64,000 nt of DNA from Oscillospiraceae bacterium. GTDB lineage: Bacteria; Bacillota; Clostridia; Oscillospirales; Ruminococcaceae. The notes beneath the pieces were generated by a model. It did not search any database and was not told the DNA's origin. It was given only the letters and a program-made list of their open reading frames with translations. Shown one piece after another: positions 17,417-27,109 of this stretch. Every line of letters begins with the position of its first letter. Positions within the stretch are counted from its first letter, which is position 1. Made by a program: the position numbers and the translations under genes. The DNA lies in the NCBI GenBank assembly GCA_028720105.1, contig JAQYLI010000027.1, positions 1,184-65,183 of the forward strand, read 5' to 3'.

Positions 17417-20391
17417 TATACCTTTCTGAAAGCCTGGAAAAGGAAATAAAGCAATACAAAAACAAAGTTGTAAAGCAGTATGTTCGTCACCGTAAGTTCA
17501 GCCATCGAGCGCAGAAGCACAAGGGCAAGGGTGAGAAGTATTCCCAGGAGTATCTCCGCCGCCTGCATTGCAATGCCTGCGGAAATGGTTCCTCTCAGGC
17601 GGTTTGCGCCTAAGATAAGCTGGGCGAAAGAAGCAAATCTTCCCGAGCAGGCAAGGGTGGCAGGACGTCTTGCGGCATATTCGGTGGTCTTTTCAAAATC
17701 GGGGTGAAGTCTGAATGGGATAAGCTTGAAAAGCGCAGGAGTTACCTCGAACATCTCAGAAAGCCTGCTTACCGAAAGCATTGAGTCCACCGAGCGGAGC
17801 ATTACAGCCACGCCGCCCTTCTCAAGCTCCTTGAGAGCCGATTTTATCTGATAAGAGGGGGTAAGCTCAATGATGAACATTGCGGAAAGCTGTCCCGAAA
17901 TGGAGAGATATACCGCTATCTTGTCCCCGTCGGTATACTCGTTTTCCTTGGCGATGGAGGGCAGTCCCTCAATGCTGTGGTTCTGCATAAGCTCTCTGTT
18001 TCCGAGAAGCACGCGCTTGTTGTTTATCCAGCCGCAAAGACCCATAGAGTCCTCGTAAATGTAGCTTTCCACAGGATCAAGCATTTCCGTCTTGCCCACG
18101 ATTATATCATAGAACATATTGCGGAGAATACTTCCCGACTGGCTGGTAAGGCTTGCCGCCTCAACTATTGCCTCGTCAATGCTTGAGTCGGGGAAAGACT
18201 TGATGTTTCTGAGGATAATGCTTCCGGGAGGGAAGAGTGCAGCAGCGTCTATCATAACGCTGTTAACGTCGCCGAACTCGTCAATGCTGTCAAATCCGAT
18301 GATAGCGCCCTGCTTGGCGCCGTACTTTGCGGAAGCCTTCTCCATCGGGAGATTTACCACCAGCATCATCGCAAAGCAGGAGCAGATAGAAGCGCAGGCG
18401 GAGAATGTGGAAAGACCCACGCAGAGTGCGCCCATTGTGCCGTGCTCTGCTCTTGCCAGCAGTCCTGCTAAAACTGCGATAACAAGTCCTGCAATGGCAA
18501 TAATGGGTGATACCATTTTGCAGAAGCGGTCAGTGCTGTCGCCTGCATAGGAGGTCTTGAGAAAATCGGTGATGACCTCGGTTTTCTGCATACCTGCAAG
18601 CACAGGGAAATCCGACAGGGAACCTCGGGTGAAGTTCTGCGCCTTTTCCTCGTCATTTAAAACAAACAGAGCATATCTGTCATTGTCACCCGAAATAAAG
18701 GAAAAGCTTCTCTGCGTTCGGCTGATAATAAGCAGCTTGCCGATGGTGTTGAATATGAGCGCGCCGATGGCAACAGGGGTGTAGATATAAACGAAGCTGC
18801 CGCGCACCATATTGGAGTCCGCAAGGGATATCATAGACGTAAGCAGGCTTGAAACAAGCGCCATTGCCGACAGGGAATCACAGTCAGCCTTGCCCGAAAG
18901 CAGCTTTGAAATTCCGCCCGAAATGGTCTGTGAAGCCACAAAGCCTGCCACCACGCCGATAACGCTGTTTATGAACAGGAAAACATCGGTCTGGCTGCGC
19001 TTGTCAATGAGTGAAAACGAGTCAAGAACGGGCAGCTTGAAATCATTTGCCACAGCCATATATGTGGTAACGGCAAAGCAGGCAAAAAGAATTATCAGCC
19101 TGAAAATCAGCTTGCTTTTCTGTCCTGCAATGTGGTTCTGAATGTCGGGAGCGTCCTCAAGGCTCTCGAAGTCCTCAAGCTCCTCGGCTTCCTCGGACTG
19201 AGCGGCTTCGTCGGGAGTGTTTTCCTCCTCGTCGCCCACAAGGACGAAATCCTTTATCTTCTTGCTTCTGCGCTCCTTGAGAGCGTTCAGCTTTTCAATT
19301 TCCGCATTAGTTTTGTCGGTGTTTATCTGAGAGGTGTCCTGTATCATCTTGTCGGAAAGATCAAGACCGATATCGGATATCTTCTTTCTCTCGATAGCTC
19401 CCTCGGAGCGCTTTATCTTCCTGCTGTCCTCAAGAAGCTCGGAGCCTTCGCTGTTAGCCTCTTCTTTAGCCATAAGCTTGTTGAAAATATCCGTAAAGCC
19501 TTTAAGGGGCGAGGTCTCGGAGCGCTTTAAGGTCATAGGCTGCTCGGTCTTTTCATACTGACCGAGAATGCTGTCAAGGTCGTCTATTGCGGCGTATTTG
19601 TCAAAGGGGCTTGCCGCTTCCTCACGCTTTGGCGTTACCTTTTCGGGCTTTACCTTGTGTTCGTGCTTCTGGACAGGAGCGGGTGAGTCATTGTATTTCT
19701 CGGCAAATTCCGCTTCTCTTTCAAGCTTTTCCGACAGGCTCGAGCCGACGGGAGGCTTTATTTCAAAGGGAATTTCGTGCTCCTCAGCGCCGATAAGCTC
19801 GTCGCGGTCGGCGGCGGTGAAAAGGGGAGCGCTGCCGTATTTTTTGTCAAAATCATCGTCCTCAAAGGAGGAATGTACACCCTTGAGACCGTCGGCGAGG
19901 TCAAGCCCAAATTTCTTCTTTGCAGGCTTTACCTTCACCTTTTTCTTTGAAGCCCTGTCCTTTTCGGAGCTTTCGTCCTCGGGAGAGACCTTTCCTTCTG
20001 CTTTCAGCTCAGCTTCGGTCTTCAGGTCGTCGGGCATATATTTGCGGTCGTAATCGCCGCTTATTATCTCATAGTCTATCTGCTTGCTTTTCTTTATCCG
20101 TTCTTCCTCGGTGAGCTGATCCTCGGGGATATCGTGAACAGATACGGGAGCGTTTTTCTTTCGTATCTCCTCGGGAGAGGGGTAGTCGCCCGGCATAGAG
20201 ATGTTTATTCCGCTCAGATCTATATCGGTTGTGGAGCTTCTGCTGTCAAAGATCTCTGCAAGCCCCGAATCCTCGTAATTTTTGGTAGCGGGGTAGCTGT
20301 TCAGAATGTCGTCTAAGGACTGACCCGATGAACCGCTGCCGCTGCCCGAGTATTCGTTCAGTATTTCGTCAAGGGAAAATTTATCAGACAA
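17416..20391 (-). CDS. Large membrane protein: acidic N-terminus plus degenerate P1B-type ATPase-like C-terminus
   Basis: About 430 aa acidic low-complexity region, then multiple TM helices, MGLCGWINNKRVLLGNRELM (N-domain-like); DKTGT absent; TTG start inferred. Confidence 0.65.
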   Translation of the reverse strand: MSDKFSLDEILNEYSGSGSGSSGQSLDDILNSYPATKNYEDSGLAEIFDSRSSTTDIDLSGINISMPGDYPSPEEIRKKNAPVSVHDIPEDQLTEEERIKKSKQIDYEIISGDYDRKYMPDDLKTEAELKAEGKVSPEDESSEKDRASKKKVKVKPAKKKFGLDLADGLKGVHSSFEDDDFDKKYGSAPLFTAADRDELIGAEEHEIPFEIKPPVGSSLSEKLEREAEFAEKYNDSPAPVQKHEHKVKPEKVTPKREEAASPFDKYAAIDDLDSILGQYEKTEQPMTLKRSETSPLKGFTDIFNKLMAKEEANSEGSELLEDSRKIKRSEGAIERKKISDIGLDLSDKMIQDTSQINTDKTNAEIEKLNALKERRSKKIKDFVLVGDEEENTPDEAAQSEEAEELEDFESLEDAPDIQNHIAGQKSKLIFRLIILFACFAVTTYMAVANDFKLPVLDSFSLIDKRSQTDVFLFINSVIGVVAGFVASQTISGGISKLLSGKADCDSLSAMALVSSLLTSMISLADSNMVRGSFVYIYTPVAIGALIFNTIGKLLIISRTQRSFSFISGDNDRYALFVLNDEEKAQNFTRGSLSDFPVLAGMQKTEVITDFLKTSYAGDSTDRFCKMVSPIIAIAGLVIAVLAGLLARAEHGTMGALCVGLSTFSACASICSCFAMMLVVNLPMEKASAKYGAKQGAIIGFDSIDEFGDVNSVMIDAAALFPPGSIILRNIKSFPDSSIDEAIVEAASLTSQSGSILRNMFYDIIVGKTEMLDPVESYIYEDSMGLCGWINNKRVLLGNRELMQNHSIEGLPSIAKENEYTDGDKIAVYLSISGQLSAMFIIELTPSYQIKSALKELEKGGVAVMLRSVDSMLSVSRLSEMFEVTPALFKLIPFRLHPDFEKTTEYAARRPATLACSGRFASFAQLILGANRLRGTISAGIAMQAAEILLGILLTLALVLLRSMAELTVTNILLYNFVFVLLYFLFQAFRKV

Positions 20392-20521
20392 ATTTATTAC
20401 CCTGCCTTTCTCGGGAGATCTGTTTCCCGGGGTTAGCCGAAGAAACAAAGCCCGGTTTGAAGATCGGAGACCTTCAAACTTTATTTATACGTGCTTGTGA
20501 GTTCGTTTTCGGCGTGACGGC

Positions 20522-21400
20522 TCACTTTCCTGCCGCCGTTCTCTGCCTTACCGCCTCGTACATAAAAATACCTGCGGCAACAGAGGCATTGAGAGATGTT
20601 ATCTTTCCGAACATCGGGAGCTTGACAAGAAAATCACACTTGTCCTTAACAAGCCTGCCTATGCCAAAGCCCTCGGAGCCGATGACAAATGCGGCAGGAC
20701 CCGTAAAGTCAGCCTCGGTGTAATCGCTGCCCGATGCATCTGTGCCGTATATCCATACGCCGTTTTTCTTAAGCTCGTCCATAGCCGCACCCAGATTTGC
20801 AACTCTCGCAACGGGGAGCCAGCTTGCGGCTCCTGCGGAGGTCTTGTAAACGGTTGCGTTAAGTGACGCACTCCTGCGCTTGGGGATTATGACCCCGTCT
20901 GCGCCTGCTGTCTCGGCGGTACGGATTATTGCGCCCAGATTATGAGGATCCTCTATCTCGTCGCAGATTATGATAAAGGGAGCCTTGCCCTTTTTCTTTG
21001 AAATGTTCAGAATGTCCTCAACGGAAACGTATTCCGCACAGGCTCCCGAGGCGATTATGCCCTGATGAGATGCTCCTGCGCACATCTGAGTAAGCTTCTG
21101 GTCGCTGACATTTTTTATAACAATGCCCTTTTCTCTGGCGATGCGGGTGATAGCGCCTATGCTGCCCCCTGCCTCGCTGTTGACATAGATGGTGTCGATA
21201 GCCTTGCCCGATTTGAGAGCCTCCATAACGGGGTTCCTGCCCACGATAAGTCCTGCGGTCTCTTCTCTGTCGGCAGCGTCGGGAATGTTTCTTTCGGGTT
21301 CGTCAAAGCTTCTTTCGGGCTTTGTGAAGTTTTTGGGCTTGGAAAAATCCTTTCTGCCGCCGCTTCTTCCTTTATTTTTATCAAAACGCTGATATGCCAT
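20522..21400 (-). CDS. rlmB: 23S rRNA Gm2251 2'-O-methyltransferase
   Basis: GRNPVMEAL, HQGI, DPHNLGAIIRTA, GSEG.G, SLNASVA. Confidence 0.95.
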   Translation of the reverse strand: MAYQRFDKNKGRSGGRKDFSKPKNFTKPERSFDEPERNIPDAADREETAGLIVGRNPVMEALKSGKAIDTIYVNSEAGGSIGAITRIAREKGIVIKNVSDQKLTQMCAGASHQGIIASGACAEYVSVEDILNISKKKGKAPFIIICDEIEDPHNLGAIIRTAETAGADGVIIPKRRSASLNATVYKTSAGAASWLPVARVANLGAAMDELKKNGVWIYGTDASGSDYTEADFTGPAAFVIGSEGFGIGRLVKDKCDFLVKLPMFGKITSLNASVAAGIFMYEAVRQRTAAGK

Positions 21401-21603
21401 AATTTATCTCCGATCCGCCGCAGAAAAACTGACGGCAAATAAGCATATTTTCCTATACTAATATATTATACATCATACGCTGTCGTTTTTCAATAGGGAT
21501 ATTAACAAAATTACCGCTTATCACGAGGGCGATTGTATGGCAATATAACGCAAAAGAGGGCTGTTTCCGTTTTCTGAAAACAGCCCATTGCTTTTACGTT
21601 GAT

Positions 21604-23730
21604 TTACCTTCCGACCTTCTTGCGCCGTCTCACCCTTACCTTAACAGGCTTTTTCAGAGCCGAAGCAGCCGCAGCCCCGGCAGCCTCGTCAATGAAATAC
21701 TGCTGGGCGGTAACAGGCTCTTCTCCCTCGGCAGGGGATATCCGCTCATAGCTTCCGTCGGGAAGCTGAATCCTTGCCTTTACGTTGTCACGAAGCATTA
21801 TATCAAAAATGTGAAGCACCCTTTTTCTAAGCTCGGGTGACTTTACGGGAGCAGCGACTTCCACACGTCTCAGGGTATTTCGGGTCATAAAGTCCGCAGA
21901 GGAAATGTATATTCGCTGTCTGTCTCCCTGACCGAATATGTATATCCTCGAATGCTCAAGATATCTGCCCACAATGCTTCTTACCGTGATGTTTTCCGTC
22001 ATACCGGGAACGCCTGCAACAAGACAGCATATTCCTCGGATAACCATTTCTATCTTTACGCCTGCGCAGCTTGCTTCGATAAGCTTGTCGATAAGTATCT
22101 TATCCGTAAGGGAGTTGAGCTTTAATCCGATGTATCCGCCTTCTCCGCTTCTTGCACCGGCAATTTCTCCGTCAATAAAGTCGATTATCTTGTTTTGGAG
22201 GGAAAGGGGAGCCACTAAAAGGTGAGATGTGTTTTCCACAAGATTTCCGATAGACAGAGCGTTGAATACCGTTCCCGCTTCTTCGCCAATCTCGGGGTCG
22301 GCGGTCATAAGGGAAAGGTCGGTGTACAGCTCCGAGGTCTTTTCGTTATAGTTGCCCGTACCAATCTGAGTGATGTGCTGAAGTTCGGAGCCGTTTTTCC
22401 GTGTAATGAGCATAAGCTTGGAGTGTACTTTCAGATTTTCGGGACCGTACATTACCTTGCAGCCCGCTCTTTCGAGCCGTTTTGACCATTCGATGTTATT
22501 CTCCTCGTCAAATCTGGCTCTCAGCTCCACAAGCACGAAAACCTCCTTGCCGTTTTCGGCGGCATTTATGAGCGCCTCAACTATCTTGGAGTTTGAAGCC
22601 ACACGGTAAAGCGTTATCTTTATGGAAATAACATCGGGGTCGTTTCCTGCCTCGATAAGCAGCTGAATAAAGGGGCGTATGCTCTCATAGGGGTATGAAA
22701 GCAGGATATCCCTGCGGAGTATCTGGCTTATCATAGGCACATTCCGAGCTATCATTGCGGAGCGCTGGGGGAAAACAGGCTCAAAGAACATCTCAGGGTG
22801 AGCCTTTTCTATCCTGTTTCGGAGAGAAAATACAAAGCTCATATCAAGGGGAGCGGTGCACTGGGATATCTGGTGACTGTCAAGCTCCAGCTGGCGGCAG
22901 AGAAATTCCGTGGCTTCCTTGCCTAAGTCTCCCGATATCTCCAGACGGACGGGGGCAAGCTTTTTGCGCTTTTTGAGGAGTTCCTCCATAACCTGTCTCA
23001 GGTCCACCTCGTGGTCGTAAAGCCCCTCCTCCATATTGATGTCCGCGTTTCGGGTTATGCGGATAAGCGCCTTGTCAAGCAGGCGGTAATTCTCAAAAAC
23101 GCTGCCGCAGTAGTGGAGTATCACATCTTCCGCAAGGAGAAATCTGAAACGGCTCTTGTCGGGCAGTGGGATTATGCGGGGAAAGCTGCCGCCTGCGGGG
23201 ATTATTCCCAGCTTAACCGAGTTTTTGGACTCAAGGTGGGTAACGGCGTAAATTTCCTTGTTTTTCAGAAATGGGAATGGGTGACGCTTATCCACCACCT
23301 GAGGGGAGATAAGGGGACGTATCTCTGAATTGAAATAGGCTCTCAGATATCCCTCCTCCTCGGCAGTGAGAGAGGATATTTTCACGTGCTCAATGCCTAT
23401 TTCCTCAAGCTCCTTTATGGTGGCAAAATATGCTTCGTCCTTTATGGGCACAAGCTCCTTAACACGCTTGTAGATGGCTCTCAGCTGCTCCTCTGGAGTC
23501 ATACCCGTTTTATTGTCCTCCTTGTTGTCGTCAACGAGGACTCTGTCGCAGAGGGAGCCTACTCTTATCATAAAAAATTCGTCTAAATTAGACTGAAATA
23601 TCTGTGAAAACAGGAGCCTTTCGCAGAGGGGGACAGACTTATCCCTTGCCTCCTCAAGCACTCTGACGTTGAATTTGAGCCAGCTAAGCTCTCTGTTATC
23701 GTAGCAGCTTGTCATTTTGTTTAACCTCAC
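21604..23730 (-). CDS. ppk1: Polyphosphate kinase 1
   Basis: NRELSWLKFN, NLDEFFMIRVG, ELRARFDEENNI, GTGNYN, SSADFMTRN. Confidence 0.97.
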   Translation of the reverse strand: MRLNKMTSCYDNRELSWLKFNVRVLEEARDKSVPLCERLLFSQIFQSNLDEFFMIRVGSLCDRVLVDDNKEDNKTGMTPEEQLRAIYKRVKELVPIKDEAYFATIKELEEIGIEHVKISSLTAEEEGYLRAYFNSEIRPLISPQVVDKRHPFPFLKNKEIYAVTHLESKNSVKLGIIPAGGSFPRIIPLPDKSRFRFLLAEDVILHYCGSVFENYRLLDKALIRITRNADINMEEGLYDHEVDLRQVMEELLKKRKKLAPVRLEISGDLGKEATEFLCRQLELDSHQISQCTAPLDMSFVFSLRNRIEKAHPEMFFEPVFPQRSAMIARNVPMISQILRRDILLSYPYESIRPFIQLLIEAGNDPDVISIKITLYRVASNSKIVEALINAAENGKEVFVLVELRARFDEENNIEWSKRLERAGCKVMYGPENLKVHSKLMLITRKNGSELQHITQIGTGNYNEKTSELYTDLSLMTADPEIGEEAGTVFNALSIGNLVENTSHLLVAPLSLQNKIIDFIDGEIAGARSGEGGYIGLKLNSLTDKILIDKLIEASCAGVKIEMVIRGICCLVAGVPGMTENITVRSIVGRYLEHSRIYIFGQGDRQRIYISSADFMTRNTLRRVEVAAPVKSPELRKRVLHIFDIMLRDNVKARIQLPDGSYERISPAEGEEPVTAQQYFIDEAAGAAAASALKKPVKVRVRRRKKVGR

Positions 23731-23769
23731 TTTTTTTATTTTTCTGCACTTAATTGAAAGTTATGAATC

Positions 23770-24051
23770 CTAAAGACCAAAATTACATGCTAATGTCTGA
23801 AAATTAAATATGTCATTATATTCTGCTTTCCAATAATGCGGATCATCAATATTACTGAAAACAACTCCTTCTAAATCATTTCTTATAGGTGTCTTGAAAG
23901 GATATTTTAACCATATATACAAATGATCTTCTTTGTCTTCGGAAAAACGACCTAAAAATGTTTCATGAATTGAATTTCCGACTTTTAATTCATCATCAAG
24001 TATTCGTTTTAAATTAGAACTTAATATGTTGATCAAATCATAATTTATCAT
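23770..24051 (-). CDS. AT-rich hypothetical protein
   Basis: 93-aa ORF with an AAAGGA RBS; clearly more AT-rich than its neighbours. Confidence 0.65.
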   Translation of the reverse strand: MINYDLINILSSNLKRILDDELKVGNSIHETFLGRFSEDKEDHLYIWLKYPFKTPIRNDLEGVVFSNIDDPHYWKAEYNDIFNFQTLACNFGL

Positions 24052-24178
24052 TTCATAGTTTCCTTTCAGAATTCCGATTTATCGGGCTGATATTGTATCT
24101 ATCGGCGCGGAGACAAAACTTCAATTTCTCACAAATTCACAGCGCGACCTCGCCGCGGGGCGACCCCCGCCGCCGCCG

Positions 24179-25543
24179 CTATTCGCAGTAGTAAAGCAGA
24201 TGTGTCCTCACCGCCGAAAGCATTTCTCTGTAAAGCTCGGTGGCTTCGGTAAGTCCGCAGGTCATAAGCGGGTCATTGAGAAACGCATTGAAGGCAATGT
24301 CAAGGTCACGCTCCTCGAACGCCTTTACCACAGCGGCTCTGTTGTAAACGTGGCGGACGGACAGCCCCGCAATGCTGTCGGGGAGCCTGCCTGCACATAC
24401 GGCTCTTACGCTGCCGCAGCTTATGAGTGCGTTTGTCTCTACGATAGCTCCTTCGGGGAGATTTTCCACCTGTCCCTTATTCGGAAGAGAAACCGCCGAT
24501 ATGAGATTTCCGCCGCCGCACAGCGCACGTATCATTTCGGGGACTTCGGTGGAGTCAACAGACTTGGGAAGCACCTCTCCGTTCATATATTTCTTGACCT
24601 TTGCAGTCTTGTCACCCAACATTCTCTTTTTGTAATTTACTGTCATAGGAGAAAATTTCCACGCCGCCATTTCCTTGCTGTCCTTTGTGTACCAGGGAGG
24701 ACAGAACTCGGCGGCGGAGCGGTCGTTTACCGCCGGGATAAGTCCGAAGCGGAGGAAAAGGTCGAATTTTACCCGATGAGCGTCTGCGTCGGGATTGGTC
24801 TTGAATTCGTTTATCCGAAACTCATAGCCCGAGTCACCGTATTTTTCCGCATATTCCCTGAACATAGGTATAAGGATCTCACCGTTGTAGGAAAGCTCGT
24901 CAAACCAGGAAAATCCGCTTATTCCCAGGAGATTTGTCTTTATGTCACGCCTGCGCACCCCGCTTATCCCTTTGCTCTCGCAGACCATTGTGGCGATAAG
25001 CTCTCTTGCGGCAAAGGTGTCCGAGGAGGCACCAACAAGCTTCATTTCGGGAAATTCGTTGTGGAGAACGGTCATACACTCCGCCATAGGTGTGCAGAGG
25101 TTTATTACCCAGGCATTGGGGCAGAGGTGTTCTATCATATGGGAATATTCGGCGCAGAGGGGCATAATTTTAAGCGCTCTTATGACCGAGGAAAGCCCCG
25201 AATTTTCCCCGCCTGTCTGGAAGATACCGTAGGTCTCGGGAAGATGGAGCTGGCTCACCTGCTCGTCGAGTCCTCCCGGCTCAAAGGCGAGAATAACGAA
25301 GTCTGCGTCTCTGAGAGCCTCCTCCGCCTCGTCGCAGGCGAGATATACAATGTCACCCTTTGTATTTCCCCTGTCGTGGATATTGTTTCCTATAACCTCG
25401 TTGGCGAGGGAGCAGGTTTTGTCTGTATCGTAAAGCTTCACCATTGCGCACAGATCTATGTCCGCAAGCTCGGGGATAAGCTTCCAGCCATAGTTGCAGG
25501 AGCCGCCTCCGATATATGCGATATTAAGCCTGTCACCGTTCAT
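24179..25543 (-). CDS. Family 4 glycoside hydrolase homologue, catalytic motifs degenerate
   Basis: IAYIGGGS, EAL.DADFV, CPNAWVIN, NKGQVENLPEGAIVET, AFLNDPL. Confidence 0.85.
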   Translation of the reverse strand: MNGDRLNIAYIGGGSCNYGWKLIPELADIDLCAMVKLYDTDKTCSLANEVIGNNIHDRGNTKGDIVYLACDEAEEALRDADFVILAFEPGGLDEQVSQLHLPETYGIFQTGGENSGLSSVIRALKIMPLCAEYSHMIEHLCPNAWVINLCTPMAECMTVLHNEFPEMKLVGASSDTFAARELIATMVCESKGISGVRRRDIKTNLLGISGFSWFDELSYNGEILIPMFREYAEKYGDSGYEFRINEFKTNPDADAHRVKFDLFLRFGLIPAVNDRSAAEFCPPWYTKDSKEMAAWKFSPMTVNYKKRMLGDKTAKVKKYMNGEVLPKSVDSTEVPEMIRALCGGGNLISAVSLPNKGQVENLPEGAIVETNALISCGSVRAVCAGRLPDSIAGLSVRHVYNRAAVVKAFEERDLDIAFNAFLNDPLMTCGLTEATELYREMLSAVRTHLLYYCE

Positions 25544-25765
25544 TATCCGCAGTTCCTTTCCTTGCTTGTAGCATACATTTATCTATGATATATTATCCTA
25601 CAAATAAGCGGATTTGTCAAGTGGTTTGAGTGCTTTGCAGTTGATTTTTGCGTTAGATAATATGCTTTATTACAGCAAATATTCTAAAAAAATAATTTCT
25701 CTCTTGCCCACTTTTCAGAAATGTGATATAATGGTTATAGCTTTTTCTGAAAGGAAGTTTTTCTG

Positions 25766-26821
25766 ATGGGTAACTGGAAAGATAATCTTATTGACATAGC
25801 CCCCTATGTGGCAGGGGAGCAGCCTAAAAAGGCGGATTTTATAAAGCTAAATGCCAACGAAAATCCCTATCCCCCCTCTCCCAAGGTCATTGAAGCCATA
25901 AACAGCTTCAAGGCTGCGGGACTTAACAAATATCCCGACGCAGACGCCACTCCGCTTGTAAGAGCAGTTGCGGAGAGGGCGGGGCTTTCCGAGGAGAATG
26001 TTTTTATCGGAAACGGCTCGGACGATGTGCTTGCTCTATGTTTCAGAGCCTTTTTCAACTCGGGAAAGCCTGTGCTTTATCCCGATATCACATATTCGTT
26101 TTATCCCGTGTGGTGCAGTATGCTGAAAATTCCCTATGAGCTTATTCCCGTTGACGAGGAATATAACATCAGAGCCGAGGACTACAAGCGTGAAAACGGC
26201 GGCGTTATCATCTGCAACCCAAATGCCCCCACAAGTATCGGCAGAGACCTTGATTTTATCCGCGAGATACTTGACGCAAGTCCCGACAGCGTGGTGATAT
26301 CCGACGAAGCATATGTGGATTTCGGCGGCGTTTCGGCTCTGCCTCTTTTGAAGGAATATCCCAATCTTGCGGTGGTGCAGACCTTCTCCAAATCACGCTC
26401 TATGGCAGGTATGAGAATTGGCTGCTGCTTCGGCGGAAAGGATATCATCGGCGCTCTCAGGGCGGCTAAGGACTCCTACAATTCCTATCCCGTTGACAGC
26501 GTTGCCATTGCCGCAGGCTGTGCTTCAATTGCGGACGAGGAGTATTTTAAGGAGACTGTGGGCAGGATAATCAAAACAAGAGACAGACTTACCGCAGAGC
26601 TTCGGAAAATGGACTTTGATGTTAAGGACAGCAGCACCAATTTCCTTTTTGCCTCTCACCCCGAATACAGGGCGGCGGATATCAGCACATTCCTTAAAAC
26701 AAAGGACATTTACGTCCGCTTTTTCAACAAGCCCAGGATAGACAACCATCTTAGAATAACTATCGGCACAGATGAGGAGATAGATGCTCTTATCGGGGCA
26801 TTGAAGGAGTATATAAAATAA
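25766..26821 (+). CDS. hisC: Histidinol-phosphate aminotransferase
   Basis: KLNANENPYPPSP, GNGSDD, NPNAPT, DEAYVDF, TFSKSRSMAGMRIG. Confidence 0.96.
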   Translation: MGNWKDNLIDIAPYVAGEQPKKADFIKLNANENPYPPSPKVIEAINSFKAAGLNKYPDADATPLVRAVAERAGLSEENVFIGNGSDDVLALCFRAFFNSGKPVLYPDITYSFYPVWCSMLKIPYELIPVDEEYNIRAEDYKRENGGVIICNPNAPTSIGRDLDFIREILDASPDSVVISDEAYVDFGGVSALPLLKEYPNLAVVQTFSKSRSMAGMRIGCCFGGKDIIGALRAAKDSYNSYPVDSVAIAAGCASIADEEYFKETVGRIIKTRDRLTAELRKMDFDVKDSSTNFLFASHPEYRAADISTFLKTKDIYVRFFNKPRIDNHLRITIGTDEEIDALIGALKEYIK

Positions 26822-26839
26822 AAATACCCGAAATGGGTA

Positions 26840-26868
26840 TTGACATTTCGGAAGATAAGGTATATAAT
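26840..26868 (+). promoter_or_regulatory. Consensus sigma-A promoter of the antitoxin sRNA
   Basis: TTGACA-N17-TATAAT. Confidence 0.85.
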
Positions 26869-26874
26869 ATAAGC

Positions 26875-26951
26875 ATAGAGATTATTGTCAACGGCATACA
26901 CAAACGCCCCCCTCAGAAGTGGCTTTCCGAGGGGGGCTTGCCTTTTATTTT
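26875..26951 (+). ncRNA. Putative type I antitoxin sRNA (par RNA II-like)
   Basis: Follows a consensus promoter; carries GAGATTATTGTCA and CATACAC complementary to the toxin start/RBS; ends in the GCCCCCCTC/GAGGGGGGC hairpin (26906-26937) and a T-rich tract. Confidence 0.75.
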
Positions 26952-26986
26952 GAAAGGCGGCAAACCTTTAGGCAGGTGACTGTCAT

Positions 26987-27070
26987 TTACTTGTCACTGT
27001 CCAACCATTTGCATATGTAGTAAGCTACTACACTTGCCAATACAGACAAGATAAATGAGATTATTGTCAT
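26987..27070 (-). CDS. Fst/Ldr-like type I toxin peptide MTIISFILSVLASVVAYYICKWLDSDK
   Basis: 27 aa, one TM helix, WL plus charged tail; GGGGGTG SD 9 nt upstream; own promoter. Confidence 0.8.
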   Translation of the reverse strand: MTIISFILSVLASVVAYYICKWLDSDK

Positions 27071-27109
27071 TGGATCATACACCCCCTTTCGGGGCTGACA
27101 GCCAATTTT

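Noticed and set aside
24200-25588. 462-aa plus-strand ORF
   Set aside because: Codon-aligned antisense shadow of the GH4-like gene; no protein motifs
26952-26980. GGCAAACC resembling a c-di-GMP-I riboswitch start
   Set aside because: No GNRA/receptor stems follow; it lies in the toxin mRNA 3' region
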